Below are positions 15,001-30,000 of a stretch of 64,000 nt of DNA, piece by piece. The position numbers were made by a program, and so were the translations under genes. This stretch comes from Auanema rhodensis (lineage: Eukaryota; Animalia; Nematoda): assembly GCA_964057225.1 (NCBI GenBank), contig OZ059894.1, positions 3,100,001 through 3,164,000 on the forward strand, written 5' to 3'. The notes under the pieces are model-generated. The model had not been told where the DNA came from and made no database searches. It was given only the letters and a program-made list of their open reading frames with translations. How positions within the stretch are numbered: position 1 is the stretch's first letter; every line of letters begins with the position of its first letter.

Positions 15001-18000
15001 CTTTTTGCTAAATTATTTTGAAATTTTTCGAAAAAATTTTTGTCAAAATGTTTTTGGAAGCAATGTTGAGTGTACATGGAAACTCAACATACACTAATGC
15101 ATCATTTTTCAAACGATCATAACTAATTTTTGTATTAAGCGTTTCTCCATGTAGTATAGTGCATTCGATGCGGATTTTTAAGCTGCGTCGATCTGTGTTA
15201 TCCGATTTGCGCTAGCTGAAAAATGCACCGAGATATCAACTGATATAAGTTCACACTTATATCCTCGATTTTCACCCTGAAGAATTAATTTTTTCGTTGA
15301 ATAACATTGTCCATCGTCTTTGCCTTGAAAAAAAGAATCTAAAAACATCTACTTTTTGCTAAATTATTTTGAAATTTTTCGAAAAAATTTTTGTCAAAAT
15401 GTTTTTGGAAGCAATGTTGAGTGTACATGGAAACTCAACATACACTAATGCATCATTTTTCAAACGATCATAACTAATTTTTGTATTAAGCGTTTTTTAA
15501 TGTAGTATAGTGCATTCGATGCGGATTTTCAAGCTGCGTCGATCTGTGTTATCAGATTTGAGCTAGCTTAAAAATGCACCGAGATATCAACTGATATAAG
15601 TTCACACTTATATCCTCGATTTTCACCCTGAAGAATTAATTTTTTCGATGAATAACATTGTCCATCGTCTTTGCCTTGAAAAAAGGAGTCTAAAAACATC
15701 TACTTTTCGCTAAATTATTTTGAAATTTTTCGAAAAAATTTTTGTCAAAATGTTTTTGGAAGCAATGTTGAGTGTACATGGAAACTCAACATACACTAAT
15801 GCATCATTTTTCAAACAATCATAACTAATTTTTGTATTAAGCGTTTTTCAATGTAGTATAGTGCATTCGATGCGGATTTTTAAGCTGCGTCGATCTGTGT
15901 TATCCGATTTGCGCTAGCTGAAAAATGCAACGAGATATCAACTGATATAAGTTCACACTTATATCCTCGATTTTCACCCTGAAGAATTAATTTTTTCGTT
16001 GAATAACATTGTCCATCGTCTTTGCCTTGAAAAAAAGAATCTAAAAACATCTACTTTTTGCTAAATTATTTTGAAATTTTTCGAAAAAATTTTTGTCAAA
16101 ATGTTTTTGGAAGCAATGTTGAGTGTACATGGAAACTCAACATACACTAATGCATCATTTTTCAAACAATCATAACTAATTTTTGTATTGAGCGTTTTTC
16201 AATGTAGTATAGTGCATTCGATGCGGATTTTTAAGCTGCGTCGAGCTGTGTTATCAGATTTGCGCTAGCTTAAAAATGCACCGAGATATCAACTGATATA
16301 AGTTCACACATATATCCTCGATTTTCACCCTGAAGAATTAATTTTTTCGTTGAATAACATTGTCCATCGTCTTTGCCTTGAAAAAAGGAATCTAAAAACA
16401 TCTACTTTTCGCTAAATTATTTTGAAATTTTTCGAAAAAATTTTTGTCAAAATGTTTTTGGAAGCAATGTTGAGTGTACATGGAAACTCAACATACACTA
16501 ATGCATCATTTTTCAAACGATTATAACTAATTTTTGTATTAAGCGTTTTTCAATGTAGTATAGTGCATTCGATGCGGATTTTCAAGCTGCGTCGATCTGT
16601 GTTATCAGATTTGCGCTAGCTTAAAAATGCACCGAGATATCAACTGATATAAGTTCACACTTATATCCTCGATTTTCACCCTGAAGAATTAATTTTTTCG
16701 TTGAATAACATTGTCCATCGTCTTTGCCTTGAAAAAAGGAATCTAAAAACATCTACTTTTCGCTAAATTATTTTGAAATTTTTCGAAAAAATTTTTGTCA
16801 AAATGTTTTTGGAAGCAATGTTGAGTGTACATGGAAACTCAACATACACTAATGCATCATTTTTCAAACAATCATAACTAATTTTTGTATTAAGCGTTTT
16901 TCAATGTAGTATAGTGCATTCGATGCGGATTTTTAAGCTGCGTCGATCTGTGTTATCCAATTTGCGCTAGCTGAAAAATGCAACGAGATATCAACTGATA
17001 TAAGTTCACACTTATATCCTCGATTTTCACCCTGAAGAATTAATTTTTTCGTTGAATAACATTGTCCATCGTCTTTGCCTTGAAAAAAAAAATCTAAAAA
17101 CATCTACTTTTTGCTGAATTATTTTGAAATTTTTCGAAAAAATTTTTGTCAAAATGTTTTTGGAAGCAATGTTGAGTGTACATGGAAACTCAACATACAC
17201 TAATGCATCATTTTTCAAACAATCATAACTAATTTTTGTATTGAGCGTTTTTCAATGTAGTATAGTGCATTCGATGCGGATTTTTAAGCTGCGTCGAGCT
17301 GTGTTATCAGATTTGCGCTAGCTTAAAAATGCACCGAGATATCAACTGATATAAGTTCACACATATATCCTCGATTTTCACCCTGAAGAATTAATTTTTT
17401 CGTTGAATAACATTGTCCATCGTCTTTGCCTTGAAAAAAGGAATCTAAAAACATCTACTTTTCGCTAAATTATTTTGAAATTTTTCGAAAAAATTTTTGT
17501 CAAAATGTTTTTGGAAGCAATGTTGAGTGTACATGGAAACTCAACATACACTAATGCATCATTTTTCAAACAATCATAACTAATTTTTGTATTAAGCGTT
17601 TTTCAATGTAGTATAGTGCATTCGATGCGGATTTTCAAGCTGCGTCGATCTGTGTTATCAGATTTGCGCTAGCTTAAAAATGCACCGAGATATCAACTGA
17701 TATAAGTTCACACTTATATCCTCGATTTTCACCCTGAAGAATTAATTTTTTCGATGAATAACATTGTCCATCGTCTTTGCCTTGAAAAAAGGAGTCTAAA
17801 AACATCTACTTTTCGCTAAATTATTTTGAAATTTTTCGAAAAAATTTTTGTCAAAATGTTTTTGGAAGCAATGTTGAGTGTACATGGAAACTCAACATAC
17901 ACTAATGCATCATTTTTCAAACAATCATAACTAATTTTTGTATTGAGCGTTTTTCAATGTAGTATAGTGCATTCGATGCGGATTTTTAAGCTGCGTCGAG

Positions 18001-21000
18001 CTGTGTTATCAGATTTGCGCTAGCTTAAAAATGCACCGAGATATCAACTGATATAAGTTCACACATATATCCTCGATTTTCACCCTGAAGAATTAATTTT
18101 TTCGTTGAATAACATTGTCCATCGTCTTTGCCTTGAAAAAAGGAATCTAAAAACATCTACTTTTCGCTAAATTATTTTGAAATTTTTCGAAAAAATTTTT
18201 GTCAAAATGTTTTTGGAAGCAATGTTGAGTGTACATGGAAACTCAACATACACTAATGCATCATTTTTCAAACAATCATAACTAATTTTTGTATTAAGCG
18301 TTTTTCAATGTAGTATAGTGCATTCGATGCGGATTTTCAAGCTGCGTCGATCTGTGTTATCAGATTTGCGTTAGCTTAAAAATGCACCGAGATATCAACT
18401 GATATAAGTTCACACTTATATCCTCGATTTTCACCCTGAAGAATTAATTTTTTCGATGAATAACATTGTCCATCGTCTTTGCCTTGAAAAAAGGAGTCTA
18501 AAAACATCTACTTTTCGCTAAATTATTTTGAAATTTTTCGAAAAAATTTTTGTCAAAATGTTTTTGGAAGCAATGTTGAGTGTACATGGAAACTCAACAT
18601 ACACTAATGCATCATTTTTCAAACAATCATAACTAATTTTTGTATTAAGCGTTTTTCAATGTAGTATAGTGCATTCGATGCGGATTTTTAAGCTGCGTCG
18701 ATCTGTGTTATCCGATTTGTGCTAGCTGAAAAATGCACCGAGATATCAACTGATATAAGTTCACACTTATATCCTCGATTTTCACCCTGAAGAATTAATT
18801 TTTTCGATGAATAACATTGTCCATCGTCTTTGCCTTGAAAAAAGGAATCTAAAAACATCTACTTTTCGCTAAATTATTTTGAAATTTTTCGAAAAAATTT
18901 TTGTCAAAATGTTTTTGGAAGCAATGTTGAGTGTACATGGAAACTCAACATACACTAATGCATCATTTTTCAAACAATCATAACTAATTTTTGTATTAAG
19001 CGTTTTTCAATGTAGTATAGTGCATTCGATGCGGATTTTTAAGCTGCGTCGATCTGTGTTATCCGATTTGCGCTAGCTGAAAAATGCACCGAGATATCAA
19101 CTGATATAAGTTCACACTTATATCCTCGATTTTCACCCTGAAGAATTAATTTTTTCGTTGAATAACATTGTCCATCGTCTTTGCCTTGAAAAAAAGAATC
19201 TAAAAACATCTACTTTTTGCTAAATTATCTTGAAATTTTTCGAAAAAATTTTTGTCAAAATGTTTTTGGAAGCAATGTTGAGTGTACATGGAAACTCAAC
19301 ATACACTAATGCATCATTTTTCAAACAATCATAACTAATTTTTGTATTAAGCGTTTTTCAATGTAGTATAGTGCATTCGATGCGGATTTTCAAGCTGCGT
19401 CGATCTGTGTTATCAGATTTGCGCTAGCTTAAAAATGCACCGAGATATCAACTGATATAAGTTCACACTTATATCCTCGATTTTCACCCTGAAGAATTAA
19501 TTTTTTCGATGAATAACAATGTCCATCGTCTTTGCCTTGAAAAAAGGAATCTAAAAACATCTACTTTTCGCTAAATTATTTTGAAATTTTTCGAAAAAAT
19601 TTTTGTCAAAATGTTTTTGGAAGCAATGTTGAGTGTACATGGAAACTCAACATACACTAATGCATCATTTTTCAAACAATCATAACTAATTTTTGTATTA
19701 AGCGTTTTTCAATGTAGTATAGTGCATTCGATGCGGATTTTTAAGCTGCGTCGATCTGTGTTATCCGATTTGCGCTAGCTGAAAAATGCACCGAGATATC
19801 AACTGATATAAGTTCACACTTATATCCTCGATTTTCACCCTGAAGAATTAATTTTTTCGTTGAATAACATTGTCCATCGTCTTTGCCTTGAAAAAAAGAA
19901 TCTAAAAACATCTACTTTTTGCTAAATTATTTTGAAATTTTTCGAAAAAATTTTTGTCAAAATGTTTTTGGAAGCAATGTTGAGTGTACATGGAAACTCA
20001 ACATACACTAATGCATCATTTTTCAAACGATCATAACTAATTTTTGTATTGAGCGTTTTTCAATGTAGTATAGTGCATTCGATGCGGATTTTTAAGCTGC
20101 GTCGATCTGTGTTATCCGATTTGCGCTAGCTGAAAAATGCACCGAGATATCAACTGATATAAGTTCACACTTATATCCTCGATTTTCACCCTGAAGAATT
20201 AATTTTTTCGTTGAATAACATTGTCCATCGTCTTTGCCTTGAAAAAAAGAATCTAAAAACATCTACTTTTTGCTAAATTATTTTGAAATTTTTCGAAAAA
20301 ATTTTTGTCAAAATGTTTTTGGAAGCAATGTTGAGTGTACATGGAAACTCAACATACACTAATGCATCATTTTTCAAACGATCATAACTAATTTTTGTAT
20401 TAAGCGTTTTTTAATGTAGTATAGTGCATTCGATGCGGATTTTCAAGCTGCGTCGATCTGTGTTATCAGATTTGAGCTAGCTTAAAAATGCACCGAGATA
20501 TCAACTGATATAAGTTCACACTTATATCCTCGATTTTCACCCTGAAGAATTAATTTTTTCGATGAATAACATTGTCCATCGTCTTTGCCTTGAAAAAAGG
20601 AATCTAAAAACATCTACTTTTTGCTAAATTATTCTGAAATTTTTCGAAAAAATTTTTGTCAAAATGTTTTTGGAAGCAATGTTGAGTGTACATGGAAACT
20701 CAACATACACTAATGCATCATTTTTCAAACGATCATAACTAATTTTTGTATTAAGCGTTTTTCAATGTAGTATAGTGCATTCGATGCGGATTTTCAAGCT
20801 GCGTCGATCTGTGTTATCAGATTTGCGCTAGCTTAAAAATGCACCGAGATATCAACTGATATAAGTTCACACTTATATCCTCGATTTTCACCCTGAAGAA
20901 TTAATTTTTTCGATGAATAACATTGTCCATCGTCTTTGCCTTGAAAAAAGGAATCTAAAAACATCTACTTTTCGCTAAATTATTTTGAAATTTTTCGAAA

Positions 21001-24000
21001 AAATTTTTGTCAAAATGTTTTTGGAAGCAATGTTGAGTGTACATGGAAACTCAACATACACTAATGCATCATTTTTCAAACGATCATAACTAATTTTTGT
21101 ATTAAGCGTTTTTCAATGTAGTATAGTGCATTCGATGCGGATTTTCAAGCTGCGTCGATCTGTGTTATCAGATTTGCGCTAGCTTAAAAATGCACCGAGA
21201 TATCAACTGATATAAGTTCACACTTATATCCTCGATTTTCACCCTGAAGAATTAATTTTTTCGTTGAATAACATTGTCCATCGTCTTTGCCTTGAAAAAA
21301 GGAATCTAAAAACATCTACTTTTCGCTAAATTATTTTGAAATTTTTCGAAAAAATTTTTGTCAAAATGTTTTTGGAAGCAATGTTGAGTGTACATGGAAA
21401 CTCAACATACACTAATGCATCATTTTTCAAACGATCATAACTAATTTTTGTATTAAGCGTTTTTCAATGTAGTATAGTGCATTCGATGCGGATTTTCAAG
21501 CTGCGTCGATCTGTGTTATCAGATTTGCGCTAGCTTAAAAATGCACCGAGATATCAACTGATATAAGTTCACACTTATATCCTCGATTTTCACCCTGAAG
21601 AATTAATTTTTTCGTTGAATAACATTGTCCATCGTCTTTGCCTTGAAAAAAAAAATCTAAAAACATCTACTTTTTGCTAAATTATTTTGAAATTTTTCGA
21701 AAAAATTTTTTTCAAAATGTTTTTGGAAGCAATGTTGAGTGTACATGGAAACTCAACATACACTAATGCATCATTTTTCAAACGATCATAACTAATTTTT
21801 GTATTGAGCGTTTTTCAATGTAGTATAGTGCATTCGATGCGGATTTTTAAGCTGCGTCGAGCTGTGTTATCAGATTTGCGCTAGCCTAAAAATGCACCGA
21901 GATATCAACTGATATAAGTTCACACATATATCCTCGATTTTCACCCTGAAGAATTAATTTTTTCGTTGAATAACATTGTCCATCGTCTTTGCCTTGAAAA
22001 AAGGAATCTAAAAACATCTACTTTTCGCTAAATTATTTTGAAATTTTTCGAAAAAATTTTTGTCAAAATGTTTTTGGAAGCAATGTTGAGTGTACATGGA
22101 AACTCAACATACACTAATGCATCATTTTTCAAACGATCATAACTAATTTTTGTATTAAGCGTTTTTCAATGTAGTATAGTGCATTCGATGCGGATTTTCA
22201 AGCTGCGTCGATCTGTGTTATCAGATTTGCGCTAGCTTAAAAATGCACCGAGATATCAACTGATATAAGTTCACACTTATATCCTCGATTTTCACCCTGA
22301 AGAATTAATTTTTTCGTTGAATAACATTGTCCATCGTCTTTGCCTTGAAAAAAGGAATCTAAAAACATCTACTTTTCGCTAAATTATTTTGAAATTTTTC
22401 GAAAAAATTTTTGTCAAAATGTTTTTGGAAGCAATGTTGAGTGTACATGGAAACTCAACATACACTAATGCATCATTTTTCAAACAATCATAACTAATTT
22501 TTGTATTAAGCGTTTTTCAATGTAGTATAGTGCATTCGATGCGGATTTTTAAGCTGCGTCGATCTGTGTTATCCGATTTGCGCTAGCTGAAAAATGCACC
22601 GAGATATCAACTGATATAAGTTCACACTTATATCCTCGATTTTCACCCTGAAGAATTAATTTTTTCGTTGAATAACATTGTCCATCGTCTTTGCTTTGAA
22701 GAAAGGAATCTAAAAACATCTACTTTTTGCTAAATTATTCTGAAATTTTTCGAAAAAATTTTTGTCAAAATGTTTTTGGAAGCAATGTTGAGTGTACATG
22801 GAAACTCAACATACACTAATGCATCATTTTTCAAACGATCATAACTAATTTTTGTATTAAGCGTTTTTCAATGTAGTATAGTGCATTCGATGCGGATTTT
22901 CAAGCTGCGTCGATCTGTGTTATCAGATTTGCGCTAGCTTAAAAATGCACCGAGATATCAACTGATATAAGTTCACACTTATATCCTCGATTTTCACCCT
23001 GAAGAATTAATTTTTTCGATGAATAACATTGTCCATCGTCTTTGCCTTGAAGAAAGGAATTTAAAAACATCTACTTTTTGCTAAATTATTCTGAAATTTT
23101 TCGAAAAAATTTTTGTCAAAATGTTTTTGGAAGCAATGTTGAGTGTACATGGAAACTCAACATACACTAATGCATCATTTTTCAAACGATCATAACTAAT
23201 TTTTGTATTAAGCGTTCCTCAATGTAGTATAGTGCATTCGATGCGGATTTTTAAGCTGCGTCGATCTGTGTTATCAGATTTGCGCTAGCTTAAAAATGCA
23301 CCGAGATATCAACTGATATAAGTTCACACTTATATCCTCGATTTTCACCCTGAAGAATTAATTTTTTCGTTGAATAACATTGTCCATCGTCTTTGCCTTG
23401 AAAAAAGGAATCTAAAAACATCTACTTTTTGCTAAATTATTTTGAAATTTTTCGAAAAAATTTTTGTCAAAATGTTTTTGGAAGCAATGTTGAGTGTACA
23501 TGGAAACTCAACATACACTAATGCATCATTTTTCAAACAATCATAACTAATTTTTGTATTAAGCGTTTTTCAATGTAGTATAGTGCATTCGATGCGGATT
23601 TTCAAGCTGCGTCGATCTGTGTTATCAGATTTGCGCTAGCTTAAAAATGCACCGAGATATCAACTGATATAAGTTCACACTTATATCCTCGATTTTCACC
23701 CTGAAGAATTAATTTTTTCGTTGAATAACATTGTCCATCGTCTTTGCCTTGAAAAAAAAAATCTAAAAACATCTACTTTTTGCTAAATTATTTTGAAATT
23801 TTTCGAAAAAATTTTTTTCAAAATGTTTTTGGAAGCAATGTTGAGTGTACATGGAAACTCAACATACACTAATGCATCATTTTTCAAACGATCATAACTA
23901 ATTTTTGTATTGAGCGTTTTTCAATGTAGTATAGTGCATTCGATGCGGATTTTTAAGCTGCGTCGAGCTGTGTTATCAGATTTGCGCTAGCTTAAAAATG

Positions 24001-27000
24001 CACCGAGATATCAACTGATATAAGTTCACACAAATATCCTCGATTTTCACCCTGAAGAATTAATTTTTTCGTTGAATAACATTGTCCATCGTCTTTGCCT
24101 TGAAAAAAGGAATCTAAAAACATCTACTTTTCGCTAAATTATTTTGAAATTTTTCGAAAAAATTTTTGTCAAAATGTTTTTGGAAGCAATGTTGAGTGTA
24201 CATGGAAACTCAACATACACTAATGCATCATTTTTCAAACGATCATAACTAATTTTTGTATTAAGCGTTTTTCAATGTAGTATAGTGCATTCGATGCGGA
24301 TTTTCAAGCTGCGTCGATCTGTGTTATCAGATTTGCGCTAGCTTAAAAATGCACCGAGATATCAACTGATATAAGTTCACACTTATATCCTCGATTTTCA
24401 CCCTGAAGAATTAATTTTTTCGTTGAATAACATTGTCCATCGTCTTTGCCTTGAAAAAAGGAATCTAAAAACATCTACTTTTCGCTAAATTATTTTGAAA
24501 TTTTTCGAAAAAATTTTTGTCAAAATGTTTTTGGAAGCAATGTTGAGTGTACATGGAAACTCAACATACACTAATGCATCATTTTTCAAACAATCATAAC
24601 TAATTTTTGTATTAAGCGTTTTTCAATGTAGTATAGTGCATTCGATGCGGATTTTTAAGCTGCGTCGATCTGTGTTATCCGATTTGCGCTAGCTAAAAAA
24701 TGCACCGAGATATCAACTGATATAAGTTCACACTTATATCCTCGATTTTCACCCTGAAGAATTAATTTTTTCGTTGAATAACATTGTCCATCGTCTTTGC
24801 TTTGAAGAAAGGAATCTAAAAACATCTACTTTTTGCTAAATTATTCTGAAATTTTTCGAAAAAATTTTTGTCAAAATGTTTTTGGAAGCAATGTTGAGTG
24901 TACATGGAAACTCAACATACACTAATGCATCATTTTTCAAACGATCATAACTAATTTTTGTATTAAGCGTTTTTCAATGTAGTATAGTGCATTCGATGCG
25001 GATTTTCAAGCTGCGTCGATCTGTGTTATCAGATTTGCGCTAGCTTAAAAATGCACCGAGATATCAACTGATATAAGTTCACACTTATATCCTCGATTTT
25101 CACCCTGAAGAATTAATTTTTTCGTTGAATAACATTGTCCATCGTCTTTGCCTTGAAAAAAGGAATCTAAAAACATCTACTTTTTGCTAAATTATTTTGA
25201 AATTTTTCGAAAAAATTTTTGTCAAAATGTTTTTGGAAGCTATGTTGAGTGTACATGGAAACTCAACATACACTAATGCATCATTTTTCAAACGATCATA
25301 ACTAATTTTTGTATTAAGCGTTTCTCAAAGTAGTATAGTGCATTAGATGCGGATTTTCAAGCTGCGTCGATCTGTGTTATCAGATTTGCGCTAGCTTAAA
25401 AATGCACCGAGATATCAACTGATATAAGTTCACACTTATATCCTCGATTTTCACCCTGAAGAATTAATTTTTTCGTTGAATAACATTGTCCATCGTCTTT
25501 GCCTTGAAAAAAGGAATCTAAAAACATCTACTTTTTGCTAAATTATTCTGAAATTTTTCGAAAAAATTTTTGTCAAAATGTTTTTGGAAGCAATGTTGAG
25601 TGTACATGGAAACTCAACATACACTAATGCATCATTTTTCAAACGATCATAACTAATTTTTGTATTAAGCGTTCCTCAATGTAGTATAGTGCATTCGATG
25701 CGGATTTTCAAGCTGAGTCGATCTGTGTTATCAGATTTGCGCTAGCTTAAAAATGCACCGAGATATCAACTGATATAAGTTAACACTTATATCCTCGATT
25801 TTCTCCCTGAAGAATTAATTTTTTCGTTGAATAACATTGTCCATCGTCTTTGCCTTGAAAAAAGGAATCTAAAAACATCTACTTTCTGCTAAATTATTTT
25901 GAAATTTTTCGAAAAAATTTTTGTCAAAATGTTTTTGGAAGCAATGTTGAGTGTACATGGAAACTCAACATACACTAATGCATCATTTTTCAAACGATCA
26001 TAACTAATTTTTGTATTAAGCGTTCCTCAATGTAGTATAGTGCATTCGATGCGGATTTTTAAGCTGCGTCGATCTGTGTTATCAGATTTGCGCTAGCTTA
26101 AAAATGCACCGAGATATCAACTGATATAAGTTCACACTTATATCCTCGATTTTCACCCTGAAGAATTAATTTTTTCGTTGAATAACATTGTCCATCGTCT
26201 TTGCCTTGAAAAAAGGAATCTAAAAACATCTACTTTTCGCTAAATTATTTTGAAATTTTTCGAAAAAATTTTTGTCAAAATGTTTTTGGAAGCAATGTTG
26301 AGTGTACATGGAAACTCAACATACACTAATGCATCATTTTTCAAACGATCATAACTAATTTTTGTATTAAGCGTTTTTCAATGTAGTATAGTGCATTCGA
26401 TGCGGATTTTCAAGCTGCGTCGATCTGTGTTATCAGATTTGCGCTAGCTTAAAAATGCACCGAGATATCAACTGATATAAGTTCACACTTATATCCTCGA
26501 TTTTCACCCTGAAGAATTAATTTTTTCGTTGAATAACATTGTCCATCGTCTTTGCCTTGAAAAAAGGAATCTAAAAACATCTACTTTTCGCTAAATTATT
26601 TTGAAATTTTTCGAAAAAATTTTTGTCAAAATGTTTTTGGAAGCAATGTTGAGTGTACATGGAAACTCAACATACACTAATGCATCATTTTTCAAACGAT
26701 CATAACTAATTTTTGTATTGAGCGTTTTTCAATGTAGTATAGTGCATTCGATGCGGATTTTTAAGCTGCGTCGATCTGTGTTATCCGATTTGCGCTAGCT
26801 GAAAAATGCACCGAGATATCAACTGATATAAGTTCACACTTATATCCTCGATTTTCACCCTGAAGAATTAATTTTTTCGTTGAATAACATTGTCCATCGT
26901 CTTTGCCTTGAAAAAAGGAATCTAAAAACATCTACTTTTTGCTAAATTATTCTGAAATTTTTCGAAAAAATTTTTGTCAAAATGTTTTTGGAAGCAATGT

Positions 27001-30000
27001 TGAGTGTACATGGAAACTCAACATACACTAATGCATCATTTTTCAAACGATCATAACTAATTTTTGTATTAAGCGTTTTTCAATGTAGTATAGTGCATTC
27101 GATGCGGATTTTTAAGCTGCGTCGATCTGTGTTATCAGATTTGCGCTAGCTGAAAAATGCACCGAGATATCAACTGATATAAGTTCACACTTATATCCTC
27201 GATTTTCACCCTGAAGAATTAATTTTTTCGATGAATAACATTGTCCATCGTCTTTGCCTTGAAAAAAGGAATCTAAAAACATCTACTTTTCGCTAAATTA
27301 TTTTGAAATTTTTCGAAAAAATTTTTGTCAAAATGTTTTTGGAAGCAATGTTGAGTGTACATGGAAACTCAACATACACTAATGCATCATTTTTCAAACA
27401 ATCATAACTAATTTTTGTATTAAGCGTTTTTCAATGTAGTATAGTGCATTCGATGCGGATTTTTAAGCTGCGTCGATCTGTGTTATCCGATTTGCGCTAG
27501 CTGAAAAATGCACCGAGATATCAACTGATATAAGTTCACACTTATATCCTCGATTTTCACCCTGAAGAATTAATTTTTTCGTTGAATAACATTGTCCATC
27601 GTCTTTGCCTTGAAAAAAAAAATCTAAAAACATCTACTTTTTGCTAAATTATTTTGAAATTTTTCGAAAAAATTTTTTTCAAAATGTTTTTGGAAGCAAT
27701 GTTGAGTGTACATGGAAACTCAACATACACTAATGCATCATTTTTCAAACGATCATAACTAATTTTTGTATTAAGCGTTTTTCAATGTAGTATAGTGCAT
27801 TCGATGCGGATTTTCAAGCTGCGTCGATCTGTGTTATCAGATTTGCGCTAGCTTAAAAATGCACCGAGATATCAACTGATATAAGTTCACACTTATATCC
27901 TCGATTTTCACCCTGAAGAATTAATTTTTTCGTTGAATAACATTGTCCATCGTCTTTGCCTTGAAAAAAGGAATCTAAAAACATCTACTTTTCGCTAAAT
28001 TATTTTGAAATTTTTCGAAAAAATTTTTGTCAAAATGTTTTTGGAAGCAATGTTGAGTGTACATGGAAACTCAACATACACTAATGCATCATTTTTCAAA
28101 CAATCATAACTAATTTTTGTATTAAGCGTTTTTCAATGTAGTATAGTGCATTCGATGCGGATTTTTAAGCTGCGTCGATCTGTGTTATCCGATTTGCGCT
28201 AGCTGAAAAATGCACCGAGATATCAACTGATATAAGTTCACACTTATATCCTCGATTTTCACCCTGAAGAATTAATTTTTTCGTTGAATAACATTGTCCA
28301 TCGTCTTTGCTTTGAAGAAAGGAATCTAAAAACATCTACTTTTTGCTAAATTATTCTGAAATTTTTCGAAAAAATTTTTGTCAAAATGTTTTTGGAAGCA
28401 ATGTTGAGTGTACATGGAAACTCAACATACACTAATGCATCATTTTTCAAACGATCATAACTAATTTTTGTATTAAGCGTTTTTCAATGTAGTATAGTGC
28501 ATTCGATGCGGATTTTCAAGCTGCGTCGATCTGTGTTATCAGATTTGCGCTAGCTTAAAAATGCACCGAGATATCAACTGATATAAGTTCACACTTATAT
28601 CCTCGATTTTCACCCTGAAGAATTAATTTTTTCGATGAATAACATTGTCCATCGTCTTTGCCTTGAAAAAAGGAATCTAAAAACATCTACTTTTCGCTAA
28701 ATTATTTTGAAATTTTTCGAAAAAATTTTTGTCAAAATGTTTTTGGAAGCAATGTTGAGTGTACATGGAAACTCAACATACACTAATGCATCATTTTTCA
28801 AACAATCATAACTAATTTTTGTATTAAGCGTTTTTCAATGTAGTATAGTGCATTCGATGCGGATTTTTAAGCTGCGTCGATCTGTGTTATCCGATTTGCG
28901 CTAGCTGAAAAATGCACCGAGATATCAACTGATATAAGTTCACACTTATATCCTCGATTTTCACCCTGAAGAATTAATTTTTTCGTTGAATAACATTGTC
29001 CATCGTCTTTGCCTTGAAAAAAAGAATCTAAAAACATCTACTTTTTGCTAAATTATTTTGAAATTTTTCGAAAAAATTTTTGTCAAAATGTTTTTGGAAG
29101 CAATGTTGAGTGTACATGGAAACTCAACATACACTAATGCATCATTTTTCAAACGATCATAACTAATTTTTGTATTGAGCGTTTTTCAATGTAGTATAGT
29201 GCATTCGATGCGGATTTTTAAGCTGCGTCGATCTGTGTTATCCGATTTGCGCTAGCTGAAAAATGCACCGAGATATCAACTGATATAAGTTCACACTTAT
29301 ATCCTCGATTTTCACCCTGAAGAATTAATTTTTTCGTTGAATAACATTGTCCATCGTCTTTGCCTTGAAAAAAAGAATCTAAAAACATCTACTTTTTGCT
29401 AAATTATTTTGAAATTTTTCGAAAAAATTTTTGTCAAAATGTTTTTGGAAGCAATGTTGAGTGTACATGGAAACTCAACATACACTAATGCATCATTTTT
29501 CAAACGATCATAACTAATTTTTGTATTAAGCGTTTTTTAATGTAGTATAGTGCATTCGATGCGGATTTTCAAGCTGCGTCGATCTGTGTTATCAGATTTG
29601 AGCTAGCTTAAAAATGCACCGAGATATCAACTGATATAAGTTCACACTTATATCCTCGATTTTCACCCTGAAGAATTAATTTTTTCGATGAATAACATTG
29701 TCCATCGTCTTTGCCTTGAAAAAAGGAGTCTAAAAACATCTACTTTTCGCTAAATTATTTTGAAATTTTTCGAAAAAATTTTTGTCAAAATGTTTTTGGA
29801 AGCAATGTTGAGTGTACATGGAAACTCAACATACACTAATGCATCATTTTTCAAACAATCATAACTAATTTTTGTATTAAGCGTTTTTCAATGTAGTATA
29901 GTGCATTCGATGCGGATTTTTAAGCTGCGTCGATCTGTGTTATCCGATTTGCGCTAGCTGAAAAATGCAACGAGATATCAACTGATATAAGTTCACACTT

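Noticed and set aside
10358-17218. Three identical 63-aa minus-strand ORFs (10358, 12113, 17027)
   Set aside because: They arise from satellite SNPs (including CTAAAT to CTGAAT) that remove stops in three duplicated monomers. They have no protein motifs and are useful only as duplication markers.
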